Positions 47,601-58,047 of a DNA stretch of 64,000 nt are shown here, piece by piece. A program made the translations under genes and the position numbers. The DNA comes from Sedimentisphaeraceae bacterium JB056. GTDB lineage: Bacteria > Planctomycetota > Phycisphaerae > Sedimentisphaerales > Sedimentisphaeraceae. Position 1 is the first letter of the stretch. Each line of letters opens with the position of its first letter. The DNA is taken from the NCBI GenBank assembly GCA_044440125.1, contig JBITAJ010000006.1, positions 35,840 through 99,839 of the forward strand, written 5' to 3'. Under the pieces are notes generated by a model, which searched no databases, had not been told where the DNA came from, and worked only from the letters and a program-made list of their open reading frames with translations.

Positions 47601-49070
47601 ATGTATAGAGAATTGATTAAAAAAGTATCTGAGCTTTCAGCCCCGAGAGTATTGCTTGTGGGCGATTTTATGCTGGATAGTTATGTATACGGTGACGCTT
47701 TGCGTATAAGCCCTGAGGCTCCAGTGCCGGTACTTAAAGTTGTACGGCGTGAGGATAAATGCGGCGGAGCGGCGTCTGTGGCGGCTGATATTGCGGCTCT
47801 TGGCGGGGTCGCGGTTTGTATCGGTATTATCGGCGATGATGCTAACGGGCAGATACTTTCAAAATTGCTCGAAGAGACAGACGCCGATACTAACGGACTG
47901 TTTGTTTCAAAGAATCGGCCTACTACAACCAAGCAAAGGCTTGTAGGTTTGGCTCAGCATCGCCATCAACAGCAGCTAATGCGAATTGATGAAGAAAACA
48001 GCGATCCTGTAACCGGCTCTGACGCAGAGAGAGTAATCGAGCTTTATAGGGCGGCGATAAATAATGTTGATATTGTTTGTCTGCAGGATTATGCCAAGGG
48101 AATATTGGCTCCAGAGCTTACAAAGCAGTTTATAGAGATTGCGAAAAAAGCCGGTAAGCGAGTTCTTGTTGATCCTCCGCTTAGAAATGACTATTCAAAG
48201 TTTACAGGTGCTTCTTCTATGACTCCTAATCGTCAGGAGGCTTCTCTTGTTGTAGGCTTTGCGATAGAGTCGAAAGAGGATGCTGATAAAGCGGCAGCGA
48301 TACTCCTTGAAAAGCTTGAACTTGAAGCTGCGATTATTACCATGGATAAAGATGGTGCTTATCTTAAGACTTCAAACAGTTCTATGATGGTTCCTACGAT
48401 AGCGAGAAATGTTTATGATGTAACCGGTGCGGGTGATGTTGTTCTTGCGGCATTAGCTGTTGGTCTTGCTGATGGATGGGATTATTATGATGCAGTGAAT
48501 CTTGCCAATATTGCCGGCGGGCTTGAGGTTGAGAAGTTCGGCGTTGCCACTGTTAGCCGTGATGAGATCATTGCTGAACTCATAGAACGATGCAATGAAA
48601 AAACAGGCAAGGTTATAACACAGGAACAGTTGCCGGATGTCCTTGGGTACCATAAGGCAAGGAAAGATACTGTTGTGTTTACTAACGGTTGTTTTGATGT
48701 TATACATCGCGGTCACATCGAGTATTTGAAGTTTTCAAGAAAACAGGGTGATATACTTATTGTTGGTCTCAACAGCGACAGAAGCGTGAAAGAGAACAAA
48801 GGGCCGAGCCGTCCTATCAATGGAGAAAATGACAGGGCTATGGTTCTTGCGGCTCTTGAGTGTGTCGATTATGTCGTGATTTTTGATGAGGCTACACCTG
48901 TTGATATTATTCCGAAAGTATGCCCTGACATTCTGGTAAAGGGAGAGGATTGGAAGGATAAAGGCGTTGTAGGGCGTGAATTTGTCGAGGCAAGAGGCGG
49001 CAAGGTGATACTTGCCAAAATGGTTGAGGGTAAGAGCTCGACCAATATAATAGAAAAGATCAATAGTTAG
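47601..49070 (+). CDS. hldE: Bifunctional heptose 7-phosphate kinase / heptose 1-phosphate adenylyltransferase
   Basis: RISPEAPVP, DYAKG, DVTGAGD; FTNGCFDVIHRGH, GLNSD.SV, SSTNII. Confidence 0.95.
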   Translation: MYRELIKKVSELSAPRVLLVGDFMLDSYVYGDALRISPEAPVPVLKVVRREDKCGGAASVAADIAALGGVAVCIGIIGDDANGQILSKLLEETDADTNGLFVSKNRPTTTKQRLVGLAQHRHQQQLMRIDEENSDPVTGSDAERVIELYRAAINNVDIVCLQDYAKGILAPELTKQFIEIAKKAGKRVLVDPPLRNDYSKFTGASSMTPNRQEASLVVGFAIESKEDADKAAAILLEKLELEAAIITMDKDGAYLKTSNSSMMVPTIARNVYDVTGAGDVVLAALAVGLADGWDYYDAVNLANIAGGLEVEKFGVATVSRDEIIAELIERCNEKTGKVITQEQLPDVLGYHKARKDTVVFTNGCFDVIHRGHIEYLKFSRKQGDILIVGLNSDRSVKENKGPSRPINGENDRAMVLAALECVDYVVIFDEATPVDIIPKVCPDILVKGEDWKDKGVVGREFVEARGGKVILAKMVEGKSSTNIIEKINS

Positions 49071-49121
49071 AAGGCAGCAGTCTGAATTTGATATTTATAA
49101 ATTCGTAATTAAGATTCCATT

Positions 49122-50072
49122 ATGAGCGAGAATGAGAAAATCAGAGCGGTATTCCTTGATAGAGATGATACTATAGTCGATGATCCGGGCTATATAACAA
49201 AGCCTGAGCAGGTCAAACTGCTGCCCGGAGTGGGTGATGCTCTCCGTCGTCTCAGACTTCTTGGATACAAACTTATCATTGTTACCAATCAATCCGCTGT
49301 TGCAAGAGGAATGATTACCGAAGACGACCTTTCGCTCATAAACAACAAGCTGCTTTCTTTGCTTGATGCCAAGGGTATTAAAATAGAAAAGGTGTATTAT
49401 TGCCCGTTTCATCCTGAAGGGATAATCGAAGAGTATAAGAAGGAAAGTTATCTTCGAAAGCCTAACCCTGGAATGCTATTTACCGCTCGTGATGAAATGG
49501 ATATTGATCTTGAGGCATCGTGGATGATAGGTGACAGTTTTCGTGACGTGAGTGCCGGAAAGGCAGCGGGCTGTCATACCATTCTCATTAATCCGCCTCT
49601 TAATCCACGTAAGAAGGGTATTAATGATCCTGCGGCTGATTATGAAGCAGTCAATATCAAGGAGGCGGCTAATATAGTTAAAATGTATCATCAGAAAGAT
49701 CGCGGTTCTAATCAGACTGCCGTGATTAGTAAAGAAAAGGTACATACCCCAAGTAAGCAACCGGTACAGGAGTCTCCAATGAAGAATGTACAGCATCTTG
49801 GAAGCGGTGAAATACCTAAGCTTCTTAAAGATATACGTCAGGCGATTATCTCTGCTAATGCAGCCAAAAAAAATGAACGCTTCTCTATATTGAAGGCTGT
49901 AGGCGGAGCTCTTACTGCTATCGCGGTAATGTGTATAATCATTGCATTGATTAAGGTTATCGGCTCTGAGAAGCAAGATCTTAGTGTGCTTAAGCCGCTT
50001 GGTTTTGCGGCTTGCTTTCAGCTTGTAGCTATAATGCTGTATATTGTCAACAGTGATTCCAAACGAGGTTAG
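49122..50072 (+). CDS. gmhB: D-glycero-D-manno-heptose 1,7-bisphosphate phosphatase with C-terminal membrane extension
   Basis: FLDRD.T, TNQS, CPFHP, RKPNPGM, MIGD...D. Confidence 0.85.
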   Translation: MSENEKIRAVFLDRDDTIVDDPGYITKPEQVKLLPGVGDALRRLRLLGYKLIIVTNQSAVARGMITEDDLSLINNKLLSLLDAKGIKIEKVYYCPFHPEGIIEEYKKESYLRKPNPGMLFTARDEMDIDLEASWMIGDSFRDVSAGKAAGCHTILINPPLNPRKKGINDPAADYEAVNIKEAANIVKMYHQKDRGSNQTAVISKEKVHTPSKQPVQESPMKNVQHLGSGEIPKLLKDIRQAIISANAAKKNERFSILKAVGGALTAIAVMCIIIALIKVIGSEKQDLSVLKPLGFAACFQLVAIMLYIVNSDSKRG

Positions 50073-51097
50073 TGTTGAGTATTGATGAAAGTAAAGGGCG
50101 ATTGCTTGTCTGGCTGCCTTCTCCGCTTGGTGATGCGGTGATGTGTACGCCCGCACTTAAGGCCATCAGAGAAAGCATGCCTGATAAGGAAATATTCTTC
50201 TATGGAAGCCCGATCGTAAGGCAGACACTTAGTCCTACGGATTTTGCGGATGGATGGGTAGAGCTCAAAGGCGGGATTCTTAAAAAGATATCCGTTCTGA
50301 AAAAATATCGCTTTGATACTGTTGTACTGTTTAAAAATTCATTTTCATGTGCCTTGACTGTCTTTCTTGCTGGGATAAAGAAAAGGGTGGGTTATTACCG
50401 TGACTGCCGCAGCATATTTTTGACAGATGGCTTAAAACCTGCCAAAGTTGACGGTAAGTTCGTGCCGGCGCCAATGATGGATTATTACCTTAACCTGCTT
50501 GCTGTTATAGGTGTAAGTGGGGACAGCAAAAAGTTGGATTTGAATGTTGACCCTGATTCGCAGGAACAGCTTAAAGAAAAATTGCCTGCCGTATTTAAGG
50601 ATGATAGTCCGCTTGTGATACTTGTGCCCGGGGGAGCCTTTGGGCCGAGCAAGTGCTGGCCGGTTGAAAATTATGCTGAAGCGGCTGATTATCTTGTCGA
50701 TAAGTATAATGCCTGTGTCGTGGTATCTGTGGCTCCAAACGAGAGGCGTATATCGAGTAAAATTTGCTCTATTTCAAGACATCGGCTGATTGATCTCGCG
50801 AATTCTCCCCTCAATATGGGGCAGTTAAAGGCATTAATCGGTAAAGCAGATCTTGTAATAGCTAATGATACAGGCCCCAGGCATATTGCTATTGCTTTGG
50901 ACAGAAAGGTGATAACTATGTTTGGCCCTAATGATCCAAAGTGGACAGACAGCAAGCACACCAAAGAAATTCAGCTCGTGACGGATGTTGATTGTGCTCC
51001 CTGTCAAAAGGCGGAGTGCCCTAAAGGTGATGCGGAGTGCATGAGGAATATAACGGTAGAAAATGTCTGCAAAGCGGCAGGGGAATTACTTGGATAG
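50072..51097 (+). CDS. waaF: Lipopolysaccharide heptosyltransferase (GT9, WaaF-like)
   Basis: PSPLGDAVM.TP, PGGAFGPSKCWP, NDTGPRHIA, FGP, CAPC. Confidence 0.85.
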   Translation: MLSIDESKGRLLVWLPSPLGDAVMCTPALKAIRESMPDKEIFFYGSPIVRQTLSPTDFADGWVELKGGILKKISVLKKYRFDTVVLFKNSFSCALTVFLAGIKKRVGYYRDCRSIFLTDGLKPAKVDGKFVPAPMMDYYLNLLAVIGVSGDSKKLDLNVDPDSQEQLKEKLPAVFKDDSPLVILVPGGAFGPSKCWPVENYAEAADYLVDKYNACVVVSVAPNERRISSKICSISRHRLIDLANSPLNMGQLKALIGKADLVIANDTGPRHIAIALDRKVITMFGPNDPKWTDSKHTKEIQLVTDVDCAPCQKAECPKGDAECMRNITVENVCKAAGELLG

Positions 51098-51130
51098 ATA
51101 TATAAGGGGAATAAGCTATTTTTGATATAA

Positions 51131-51177
51131 AAACTGCTGATTTAGACGTAAAAACGTACAAGTCAGCAGTTTCTTTA
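51131..51177 (+). terminator. Intrinsic terminator
   Basis: AAACTGCTGA...TCAGCAGTTT stem plus CTTT. Confidence 0.65.
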
Positions 51178-51181
51178 TTAA

Positions 51182-51209
51182 TTGACAAACCTCTGGATGG
51201 GGGTATAAT
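51182..51209 (+). promoter_or_regulatory. Consensus sigma70 promoter for the LPS core kinase/glycosyltransferase operon
   Basis: TTGACA-16 nt-TATAAT. Confidence 0.75.
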
Positions 51210-51319
51210 ATTGAAATTGTTGTGTGTGCTAATATCTGGGTTATAAGATAAACGATAGCGGATACTCTAAGTTGATTAACGACTTAGAGTTGTTTGGTTG
51301 AAAGATACTATAGGAACTA

Positions 51320-52174
51320 ATGAACTTCACGAATTTTACAGAAACTTCTCCCGGTTGTTTAATTCTCAATAAACACGTGGAAAGCTTTAAGAAACTGGGG
51401 CTTTGCAGTGTTGATGACTTTGTCAGCTTCAATGGAGGCGAGGGCATCAATACTAAGGTTTTGCCCAAGTTTCGCAATCGACTTGTATTTAAAGCGGGAG
51501 AACCTGAGGCTAACTTTTATCTGAAGACTTATAATAAACCGCCTTTGAAAGTCCAGGTTTCCAATTGGCTTGATCATGGCAATATTGCATCTACAGCGGC
51601 CTATGATTATATGCCTGCACTGGAGCTTGAGTCTATTGGAGTTAAAACTCCTGTGGTAGCCGCTTTTGGTGAGGTGATGTCAGGCCCTTTTGAGAAGAAA
51701 AGCTTTATTGTTACCGAAGAGATTGTTGGCGGTGTCGATCTTGAAAAAAATGTGCCGGAATTCTTTAAAAGACCTTTTGATAGTGATAAACATTGCAAGC
51801 AGATGGATTTTGTAAGAGAGCTTGCCCGTTTCAGCCGTGATTTTCACAATAATGGTTTCAGGCATCGTGATTTTTACCTTGCTCATATATTCTGGGGTGA
51901 GGATGGCGGTTTCCAAATGATAGACCTTCAGCGAGTTTTTAAGCCGAAACTTACGGGTTGGAAATATCGGCTTAAGGATATTGCCCAACTTTACTATTCA
52001 GCGCCATCAAGTATTTACTCCCGAACGGCGAGGCTGCGGTTTTATAAAGAATATGCTCAGGTTGATAAGCTTTCGACAAAAGATAGATGGTTCATAAAAT
52101 GCCTTAAGGCCAAGGTCGGTAAAATGGCTGTTCATGATGAGAAAAAGGGAAAGCCTGCTCCTTTCAAGATGTGA
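51320..52174 (+). CDS. Lipopolysaccharide core heptose kinase, WaaP/RfaP-like (Kdo family)
   Basis: SFIVTEEI, HRDFYLAHI, IDLQR, KDIAQL. Confidence 0.85.
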   Translation: MNFTNFTETSPGCLILNKHVESFKKLGLCSVDDFVSFNGGEGINTKVLPKFRNRLVFKAGEPEANFYLKTYNKPPLKVQVSNWLDHGNIASTAAYDYMPALELESIGVKTPVVAAFGEVMSGPFEKKSFIVTEEIVGGVDLEKNVPEFFKRPFDSDKHCKQMDFVRELARFSRDFHNNGFRHRDFYLAHIFWGEDGGFQMIDLQRVFKPKLTGWKYRLKDIAQLYYSAPSSIYSRTARLRFYKEYAQVDKLSTKDRWFIKCLKAKVGKMAVHDEKKGKPAPFKM

Positions 52175-52959
52175 TGGATATGGTAGATTGTCTTAAACAA
52201 AATTTCACTAAGCTTGATGCAGACTATGATCTGTATGTTAACAAGGAATTGTGCAGCAGTTCTTTCGAGAGATTTTGCCGTGATATTGAGAATCAGGAGT
52301 TTGATTGGCAGCAGAACTCCAAATGCTCGAGGTTTGCGAGATTCGAGTTTGAGAACAATAATTATTATATAAAGAAATTTGAGGACAGGAGCTCTTTGGA
52401 ACCGCTGAAATCTTTTTTGAAAGGTTCAAGGGCGATGCGTGAGTTCAGGGGGAATTGTCTGCTCAATCGTTATGGCGTTAATACTCCTGCAACGGCGGCA
52501 ATAATAGAGAAAAAAAACGGCAATTATCTTCTGACCAAGGAAGTGAAGAATGAAGGGACTTTTCTTGACTATATACTTGATCTCGAAAGGCCTTTAGGCT
52601 TGAGACGCAAAGCGGTCGCCGTTTTGGCCAAAATACTTGCAAAGCTCCATAATAACAGGATTATACTTGGTGATATAAATATGAACAATGCACTTGTTCA
52701 AGAAGATGGCGAAGATGTCAATATTTATATTCTTGATAATGAGAGGACCGAGAAGAAGTTGTTTACCTCTAAAGGTATCGTCAAGAATTTAGTGCAAATG
52801 AACAAGAGTATCCATGATGAAATTAATAATGCCGATCGTATGAGGTTTTATAAAAATTATATGGATGCCAGAGGGTTTGGTATCGACAGAAAGAAATACA
52901 TGCATCTTCTTATACAGCGGACAAAAGAAAGACTTGCGAAAAATAAACGTGCCGGATAA
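52174..52959 (+). CDS. Lipopolysaccharide kinase (Kdo/WaaP/InaA family)
   Basis: YYIKKF, SRAMREF, GVNTP, GDINMNN, ILDNE, KNLVQ. Confidence 0.8.
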   Translation: MDMVDCLKQNFTKLDADYDLYVNKELCSSSFERFCRDIENQEFDWQQNSKCSRFARFEFENNNYYIKKFEDRSSLEPLKSFLKGSRAMREFRGNCLLNRYGVNTPATAAIIEKKNGNYLLTKEVKNEGTFLDYILDLERPLGLRRKAVAVLAKILAKLHNNRIILGDINMNNALVQEDGEDVNIYILDNERTEKKLFTSKGIVKNLVQMNKSIHDEINNADRMRFYKNYMDARGFGIDRKKYMHLLIQRTKERLAKNKRAG

Positions 52960-52975
52960 TTAATGGTATAGGTTT

Positions 52976-54082
52976 GTGGAAATGAAAATACTTAGAGTTT
53001 TTGACAGATATTCAGATTCAGGGTTGAATTATTTTTTAATCGAAAGAATCTTGCAGCTTAACAGCCGGGAATTTGAGATGAGTGTGGCTTATCTTGATAA
53101 ACTCTCTGGTGATGTGCCGGCTGAATATGGTGGTGTTCCTTTTTATCTTTTATCAGAGAAGAGGGTAAGGTCTCTATCCCTGCCGGTAGTTTTTGAGCTC
53201 GTGAAGCTTATAAAAAAAGAGAATATAGATATATTGCACTGTGATAACTACAAGGGAATATTCTACGGTGTTCTGGCGAGCCTCTTTTGTAAGAATGTAA
53301 AGGTTATGTGTCTTATGCATGGCTTGAACCGCTGCCGTAATTGGAAAAGAAGGATGTTTTTCAGGATATTCGCTCATAAGATAGATAAGTTTCTGGGCTG
53401 TTCAGAGAGGGTGTGTGATGATATTAAGAAATATCCAGGTGTCGATTCTGGAAAAGTAAAGGTACTCAAAAATTCTGTGAACTATGAAAAATTCAAAACT
53501 GCATCCAGGGATTCCGCTCTCAGGCAAAGTTTCGGATTTGATGATAATGATTTCGTATTTATTAATGTTGGCAGGTTAGTTGAGACTAAGGGGTTGCAAT
53601 ATCTGCTTGAGGCATTTGAAAATCTGGCTGGTAAATCCAGTAATGCGAAATTACTTATTGTAGGTGATGGAAGGCTCAGAGCTGATCTTGAGGATAAATC
53701 GCCTCAAGGTGTTGTCTTTGCAGGCTTCAGAAAAGATGTAGCTCAGCTTATGAGCGTCAGTGACTGTTTTGTTCTCAGCTCGATACGTGAAGGTATGCCG
53801 CTGGTAGTTTTTGAGGCGATGAGTGTAGGGCTTCCTGTTGTGACCACTGATACCGGAGCAGCTGAACAGGTCATCGGAGAAGATGGTCAGGAGTATGGAT
53901 TCTTATGTCCTGTAGCAGACAGTAAGGCTTTAGAAAAAGAAATGGAACGGGCTATTAAGATGACATCGGATCAGCGAAAGGAGCTTGTGTCAAAAGCTAA
54001 GAAAAGGATTGAGGATAACTTTACTCATTCTGTTGCGGTTGAAAATCTTAAAAGACTTTATACTGATGTATATTCATCATAA
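52976..54082 (+). CDS. Glycosyltransferase family 4
   Basis: VGRLVETKG, VGDG, GFR.DV, SIREGMPLVVFEAM. Confidence 0.9.
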   Translation: MEMKILRVFDRYSDSGLNYFLIERILQLNSREFEMSVAYLDKLSGDVPAEYGGVPFYLLSEKRVRSLSLPVVFELVKLIKKENIDILHCDNYKGIFYGVLASLFCKNVKVMCLMHGLNRCRNWKRRMFFRIFAHKIDKFLGCSERVCDDIKKYPGVDSGKVKVLKNSVNYEKFKTASRDSALRQSFGFDDNDFVFINVGRLVETKGLQYLLEAFENLAGKSSNAKLLIVGDGRLRADLEDKSPQGVVFAGFRKDVAQLMSVSDCFVLSSIREGMPLVVFEAMSVGLPVVTTDTGAAEQVIGEDGQEYGFLCPVADSKALEKEMERAIKMTSDQRKELVSKAKKRIEDNFTHSVAVENLKRLYTDVYSS

Positions 54083-54099
54083 TTGGGGTAGATTGCTTA

Positions 54100-55239
54100 A
54101 TGAAAATATCTTTTATATTTGGTACAAGACCTGAAGCGATCAAGTTGGCACCTTTGATTTGTGAGGCAAACAAGCGAAGCAGTTTTACCACAAATGTATG
54201 TGTCACCGGCCAGCATCGTGAAATGCTTGACCAGGTGTTGAAAACTTTTGGGATAACAGCTGATGCCGACCTTGCTCTTATGAAGCCTAATCAAGGGCTT
54301 GCAGAACTTACATCCCGTTGTATCATGTCGGTGAGTAATTATTTGAATCAGGAAAAGCCTGATATGGTAATAGTTCAGGGAGATACGACGACTGTTATGA
54401 GTGCAGCTATGGCCGGCTTTTATCAGGACATACCGGTAGGTCATGTTGAGGCCGGTTTGCGAAGTCATAATATTAGATCGCCTTTCCCTGAAGAGATGAA
54501 TAGAATCATTGCAAGAGTGGCAAGCTCTATGCACTTTGCTCCGACAACAAGAGCGTATAATAACCTTATTTCTGAAGGTGTTGATCCCAGGAATGTTATT
54601 GTTACTGGCAATACGGGAATTGATGCCCTTAAAGAGGCAGTGAAACTCGTTCATGGCAGACAGTTTAATATTGAAGGTTTGCCGAGTGAATTGATCTCCA
54701 TGAATTCACAACGCCCTATAGTACTGATAACTGGCCATCGAAGAGAAAATTTTGGCGATGGTTTTCTTAATATCTGTCGTGGTATCAAGGAACTTTCTCT
54801 TAAGTTTCCTGATGCAGCGTTTATTTATCCGGTTCATTTGAATCCTAACGTTCGAGGTCCTGTGAGTGATATATTGCGAGTGGATGACTTGCCTAATCTT
54901 TATTTGATAGAGCCGCTTGATTATCTGCCGTTTGTATATATGATGAACCGCTCTACACTTTTATTGACGGATTCGGGCGGCGTGCAGGAAGAGGCTCCCG
55001 GATTGGGTAAGCCTGTATTGGTTATGAGAGAGAATACTGAACGCCCTGAGGCAGTAGAGGCCGGTACCGCAAAATTAGTTGGTACTGATCGAAGTCGAAT
55101 AGTCCAGGAGGTATCAAAATTGCTTACTGATAAAGATGAGTACAGAAAAATGGCTAATGCGGTTAACCCCTATGGTGATGGCCATGCTTGTTCACGAATT
55201 CTGGATTTTATTGAGTCAAGAAATGGGACACTAAAATGA
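54100..55239 (+). CDS. wecB: UDP-N-acetylglucosamine 2-epimerase (non-hydrolysing)
   Basis: GTRPEAIK, TGQHREML, HVEAGLR, PFPEE.NR, HRREN, TDSGGVQEEAP, YGDG. Confidence 0.96.
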   Translation: MKISFIFGTRPEAIKLAPLICEANKRSSFTTNVCVTGQHREMLDQVLKTFGITADADLALMKPNQGLAELTSRCIMSVSNYLNQEKPDMVIVQGDTTTVMSAAMAGFYQDIPVGHVEAGLRSHNIRSPFPEEMNRIIARVASSMHFAPTTRAYNNLISEGVDPRNVIVTGNTGIDALKEAVKLVHGRQFNIEGLPSELISMNSQRPIVLITGHRRENFGDGFLNICRGIKELSLKFPDAAFIYPVHLNPNVRGPVSDILRVDDLPNLYLIEPLDYLPFVYMMNRSTLLLTDSGGVQEEAPGLGKPVLVMRENTERPEAVEAGTAKLVGTDRSRIVQEVSKLLTDKDEYRKMANAVNPYGDGHACSRILDFIESRNGTLK

Positions 55240-56006
55240 ACAATAAGATAATTCATTACTGTTGGTTTGGTGGTGGCGAAAAAGGAGAATTGATCTCCAG
55301 ATGCATGAAGACGTGGAAAAAGTATCTGCCTGATTACGAAATTCGTGAGTGGACGGACAAGGATGTTGAACATATTGATAATGACTATGTTCGTGAAGCA
55401 TTTCAAAATGAAAAATGGGCATTTGTAAGCGATTATATGCGTCTTTACGCTTTGTATGAATTTGGCGGTATCTATCTTGATACCGATGTTGAGATCAGGA
55501 AAAATATAGACGAATTTCTGGATTTGGATTTCTTTTCCTGTTTTGAATATCGTGAAAATTCATCTGAGTGTTTCCCGATATCTGCGCTTATGGGAGCTCG
55601 GAAGGGCGAGCGTATTATTGGAGATTTATTGGATATATATTCAAATAAGCATTTTGTGAAAGATGACGGCAGTTTTGATATGACGCCGAATACTGTTCTT
55701 ATCTCTAAGTATTTTGAAGATGAGTTCGGTATTAAACTGCCTTATAACAAGAATGAACAGTTAGAATTAAAAGAGAACAGTGTAATATTCCCTTATTATT
55801 ATTTTTGCACAGATGTTGATGATAAGGCTTATGCCGTACATCATTTCAGCGGTTCATGGAAGAAGAAGAGTTGGCGATTATTCAGGAATGATTCGTTTGA
55901 ATTATTTGTCGCAAAAAATTCATATTTGAGAAATGTTTCTTCAAATAGGGTAAAGTTTAAGTTCAAGATATTTAGAAATAGAAATTTGGTTTTAGTAAGA
56001 AGATGA
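55236..56006 (+). CDS. Glycosyltransferase family 32 (DXD sugar-binding, OCH1-like)
   Basis: IIHYCWFG, AFVSDYMR, GGIYLDTDV, HHFSGSW. Confidence 0.9.
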   Translation: MNNKIIHYCWFGGGEKGELISRCMKTWKKYLPDYEIREWTDKDVEHIDNDYVREAFQNEKWAFVSDYMRLYALYEFGGIYLDTDVEIRKNIDEFLDLDFFSCFEYRENSSECFPISALMGARKGERIIGDLLDIYSNKHFVKDDGSFDMTPNTVLISKYFEDEFGIKLPYNKNEQLELKENSVIFPYYYFCTDVDDKAYAVHHFSGSWKKKSWRLFRNDSFELFVAKNSYLRNVSSNRVKFKFKIFRNRNLVLVRR

Positions 56007-57196
56007 AAGTAGCGATAATAATAGAAAATGCTGATGTGTCTCTTGGCGGGGCCGAACGCAGTGCTGTCGAAATAGCATCCGGTCTTCGTGGGCTCGGTGT
56101 TGATGTGACGATGCTTGTTGCCAAGGGTCAGATGCGTACTAAATATTTCAAGTTTCTTTGCAATGATATTCCGGGTAAGCGGGTTACGCATAAGCAATTT
56201 GCCCAGGCTCTCGAAAAACACTTTGCGGAAAACCATTATGATATCATCCATAGTACGCTCCCTTTTACTTTTGCCGATGTCTATCAGCCGATGGGCGGCA
56301 GCTATAAGGAAACAATAATACGAAATGCTGCCAGTTATCGCAGTGATTTCCTGTTTCATTGGAAGACTCTTACTCACTGGACAAATAAAAGACGAAGCCA
56401 GTGGCTTAAAGCTGAGCAGCAGCTTTGTGAACCTCAGTATAAAACAGTGATAGCCGCTCTCTCTCATTATGTTAGAGATCAATATGTCAAACATTACAAT
56501 ATTGATAATAAACGTATAGCTATAATACTTAACGGAGTCAAGATACATAAAGATGTCAACCAGGAAGCGGTTGACGCGATGCGGCATGATATACTGCTAA
56601 AGCTTGGCATAAAGGAAGCCGATGAGCCGGTTTTCTATTTGTTTGCCGCGACCAACTTCCGGCTTAAAGGACTTGGATGTGCGATAGAGGCTCTTGGCCA
56701 GCTTCAAGATAGAAACATTAAGAACAAAGCGTACCTGCTTGTTGCCGGAAATGGCAAAGCCGATAAATATAAAAGACTGGCTTCCTCTCTTGGCGTTGCT
56801 GACAGGGTGTTGTTCCTTGGACATCTCAAGGATGTGCAGACCGCTTTGAGAGTAGCAGATGTTGATATTCTGCCGACTTTCTACGATCCTGCCAGCCGAA
56901 TTATAATTGAAGGGCTTTCGGCTGGTATGCCGGTGATTACTACTGAGTACAATGGTACTTCGGATCTGTTCAAGAACAACAGGCATGGAAAAGTAGTTTC
57001 TGATCCTGAGAATATATCTGAGCTTGCCGATGCAATGGAATTGTATCTTGATGAGAGTCAGCGTCTTGCGGCATCAAAGGCAATAATGGACGATAAACTT
57101 GAGGATAACATATCCATAGAACGCCATATCGGGCAGCTCTTGAAACTTTATCAAAACATAATCGCTTCAAAGAAACCTGGAGAGGCTAAGATTTGA
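56003..57196 (+). CDS. Glycosyltransferase family 4 (WaaG/RfaG-like)
   Basis: GGAER, NFRLKGL, LPTFYDP, EGLSAGMPVITT. Confidence 0.85.
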   Translation: MKVAIIIENADVSLGGAERSAVEIASGLRGLGVDVTMLVAKGQMRTKYFKFLCNDIPGKRVTHKQFAQALEKHFAENHYDIIHSTLPFTFADVYQPMGGSYKETIIRNAASYRSDFLFHWKTLTHWTNKRRSQWLKAEQQLCEPQYKTVIAALSHYVRDQYVKHYNIDNKRIAIILNGVKIHKDVNQEAVDAMRHDILLKLGIKEADEPVFYLFAATNFRLKGLGCAIEALGQLQDRNIKNKAYLLVAGNGKADKYKRLASSLGVADRVLFLGHLKDVQTALRVADVDILPTFYDPASRIIIEGLSAGMPVITTEYNGTSDLFKNNRHGKVVSDPENISELADAMELYLDESQRLAASKAIMDDKLEDNISIERHIGQLLKLYQNIIASKKPGEAKI

Positions 57197-57987
57197 TGAA
57201 AGCTGATCTGAAAGTTCATTCCGTTGATTCAGTGAATACCGAATTTATTAGAGACGCGGCTTATGAAGTCTTTGATCGGTATACGGGGCAGATGTATAAA
57301 TGGAAGCTTGTTGATGATGACAAGGTCAGAAAGATAAGCATGGGGGGACGCGCCTGTGTTTTAGAAGTTAATGTCAGCGGTAAGACTTGCTGCGTGAAAT
57401 TCTTTTATGATGACAGGTTTTATGTAAAGTTGCGTAACAAATTTGGTTTCCCGAAAGCCAGAAGAGCCTTTGAGAAGGGTCTTGAGCTTCAGCGAAGGAA
57501 TATCAACTGTCCCAAAATGCTTGGTTGGGCTTTAGATAGCAGAAGTTCACTTGCCTTGATTGTTACGGAACTGGTCAATGATGCTGATCAGATAGATAGG
57601 TGGCTTGCTGAAAATGAGCTGACGAAAGATTTTATAAAAGCTCTTGCTGATTTTCTAAGAGGTATGCATTCGGCGGCAGCGGGGCACAATGATCTTTCAT
57701 TGCGTAATATTATGGTAGGCGTGAGAGATGATGAATTTGTTTTTTATCTGCTTGATTATGAGGATGCGGTTTTTTATTCTCATACTTCTGAGAAACAGAT
57801 ATTGAAAGATCTGCATCATATAAATGAGCGCATACTTACTATGATAGATATCAAAGATCGGCTTTATTTTCTGAAATGTTATTTTAAGAATGATAGAGCA
57901 TTGGTAAGAGTGTGGGCAAAGAGGTTGCGTGAGTATATGAAGAAAAATCCGTCAAAATATTCACAAATGTATTTTGACTGTAAGTAA
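57196..57987 (+). CDS. Lipopolysaccharide kinase (Kdo/WaaP/InaA family)
   Basis: CVKFF, KARRAF, HNDLSLRNI, LLDYE, KDL. Confidence 0.8.
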   Translation: MKADLKVHSVDSVNTEFIRDAAYEVFDRYTGQMYKWKLVDDDKVRKISMGGRACVLEVNVSGKTCCVKFFYDDRFYVKLRNKFGFPKARRAFEKGLELQRRNINCPKMLGWALDSRSSLALIVTELVNDADQIDRWLAENELTKDFIKALADFLRGMHSAAAGHNDLSLRNIMVGVRDDEFVFYLLDYEDAVFYSHTSEKQILKDLHHINERILTMIDIKDRLYFLKCYFKNDRALVRVWAKRLREYMKKNPSKYSQMYFDCK

Positions 57988-58047
57988 GATTTAATTTGTA
58001 AGTTATTGGGTATTAGGTATAGACTGGTATTTGGGGTTTTAGTATCA

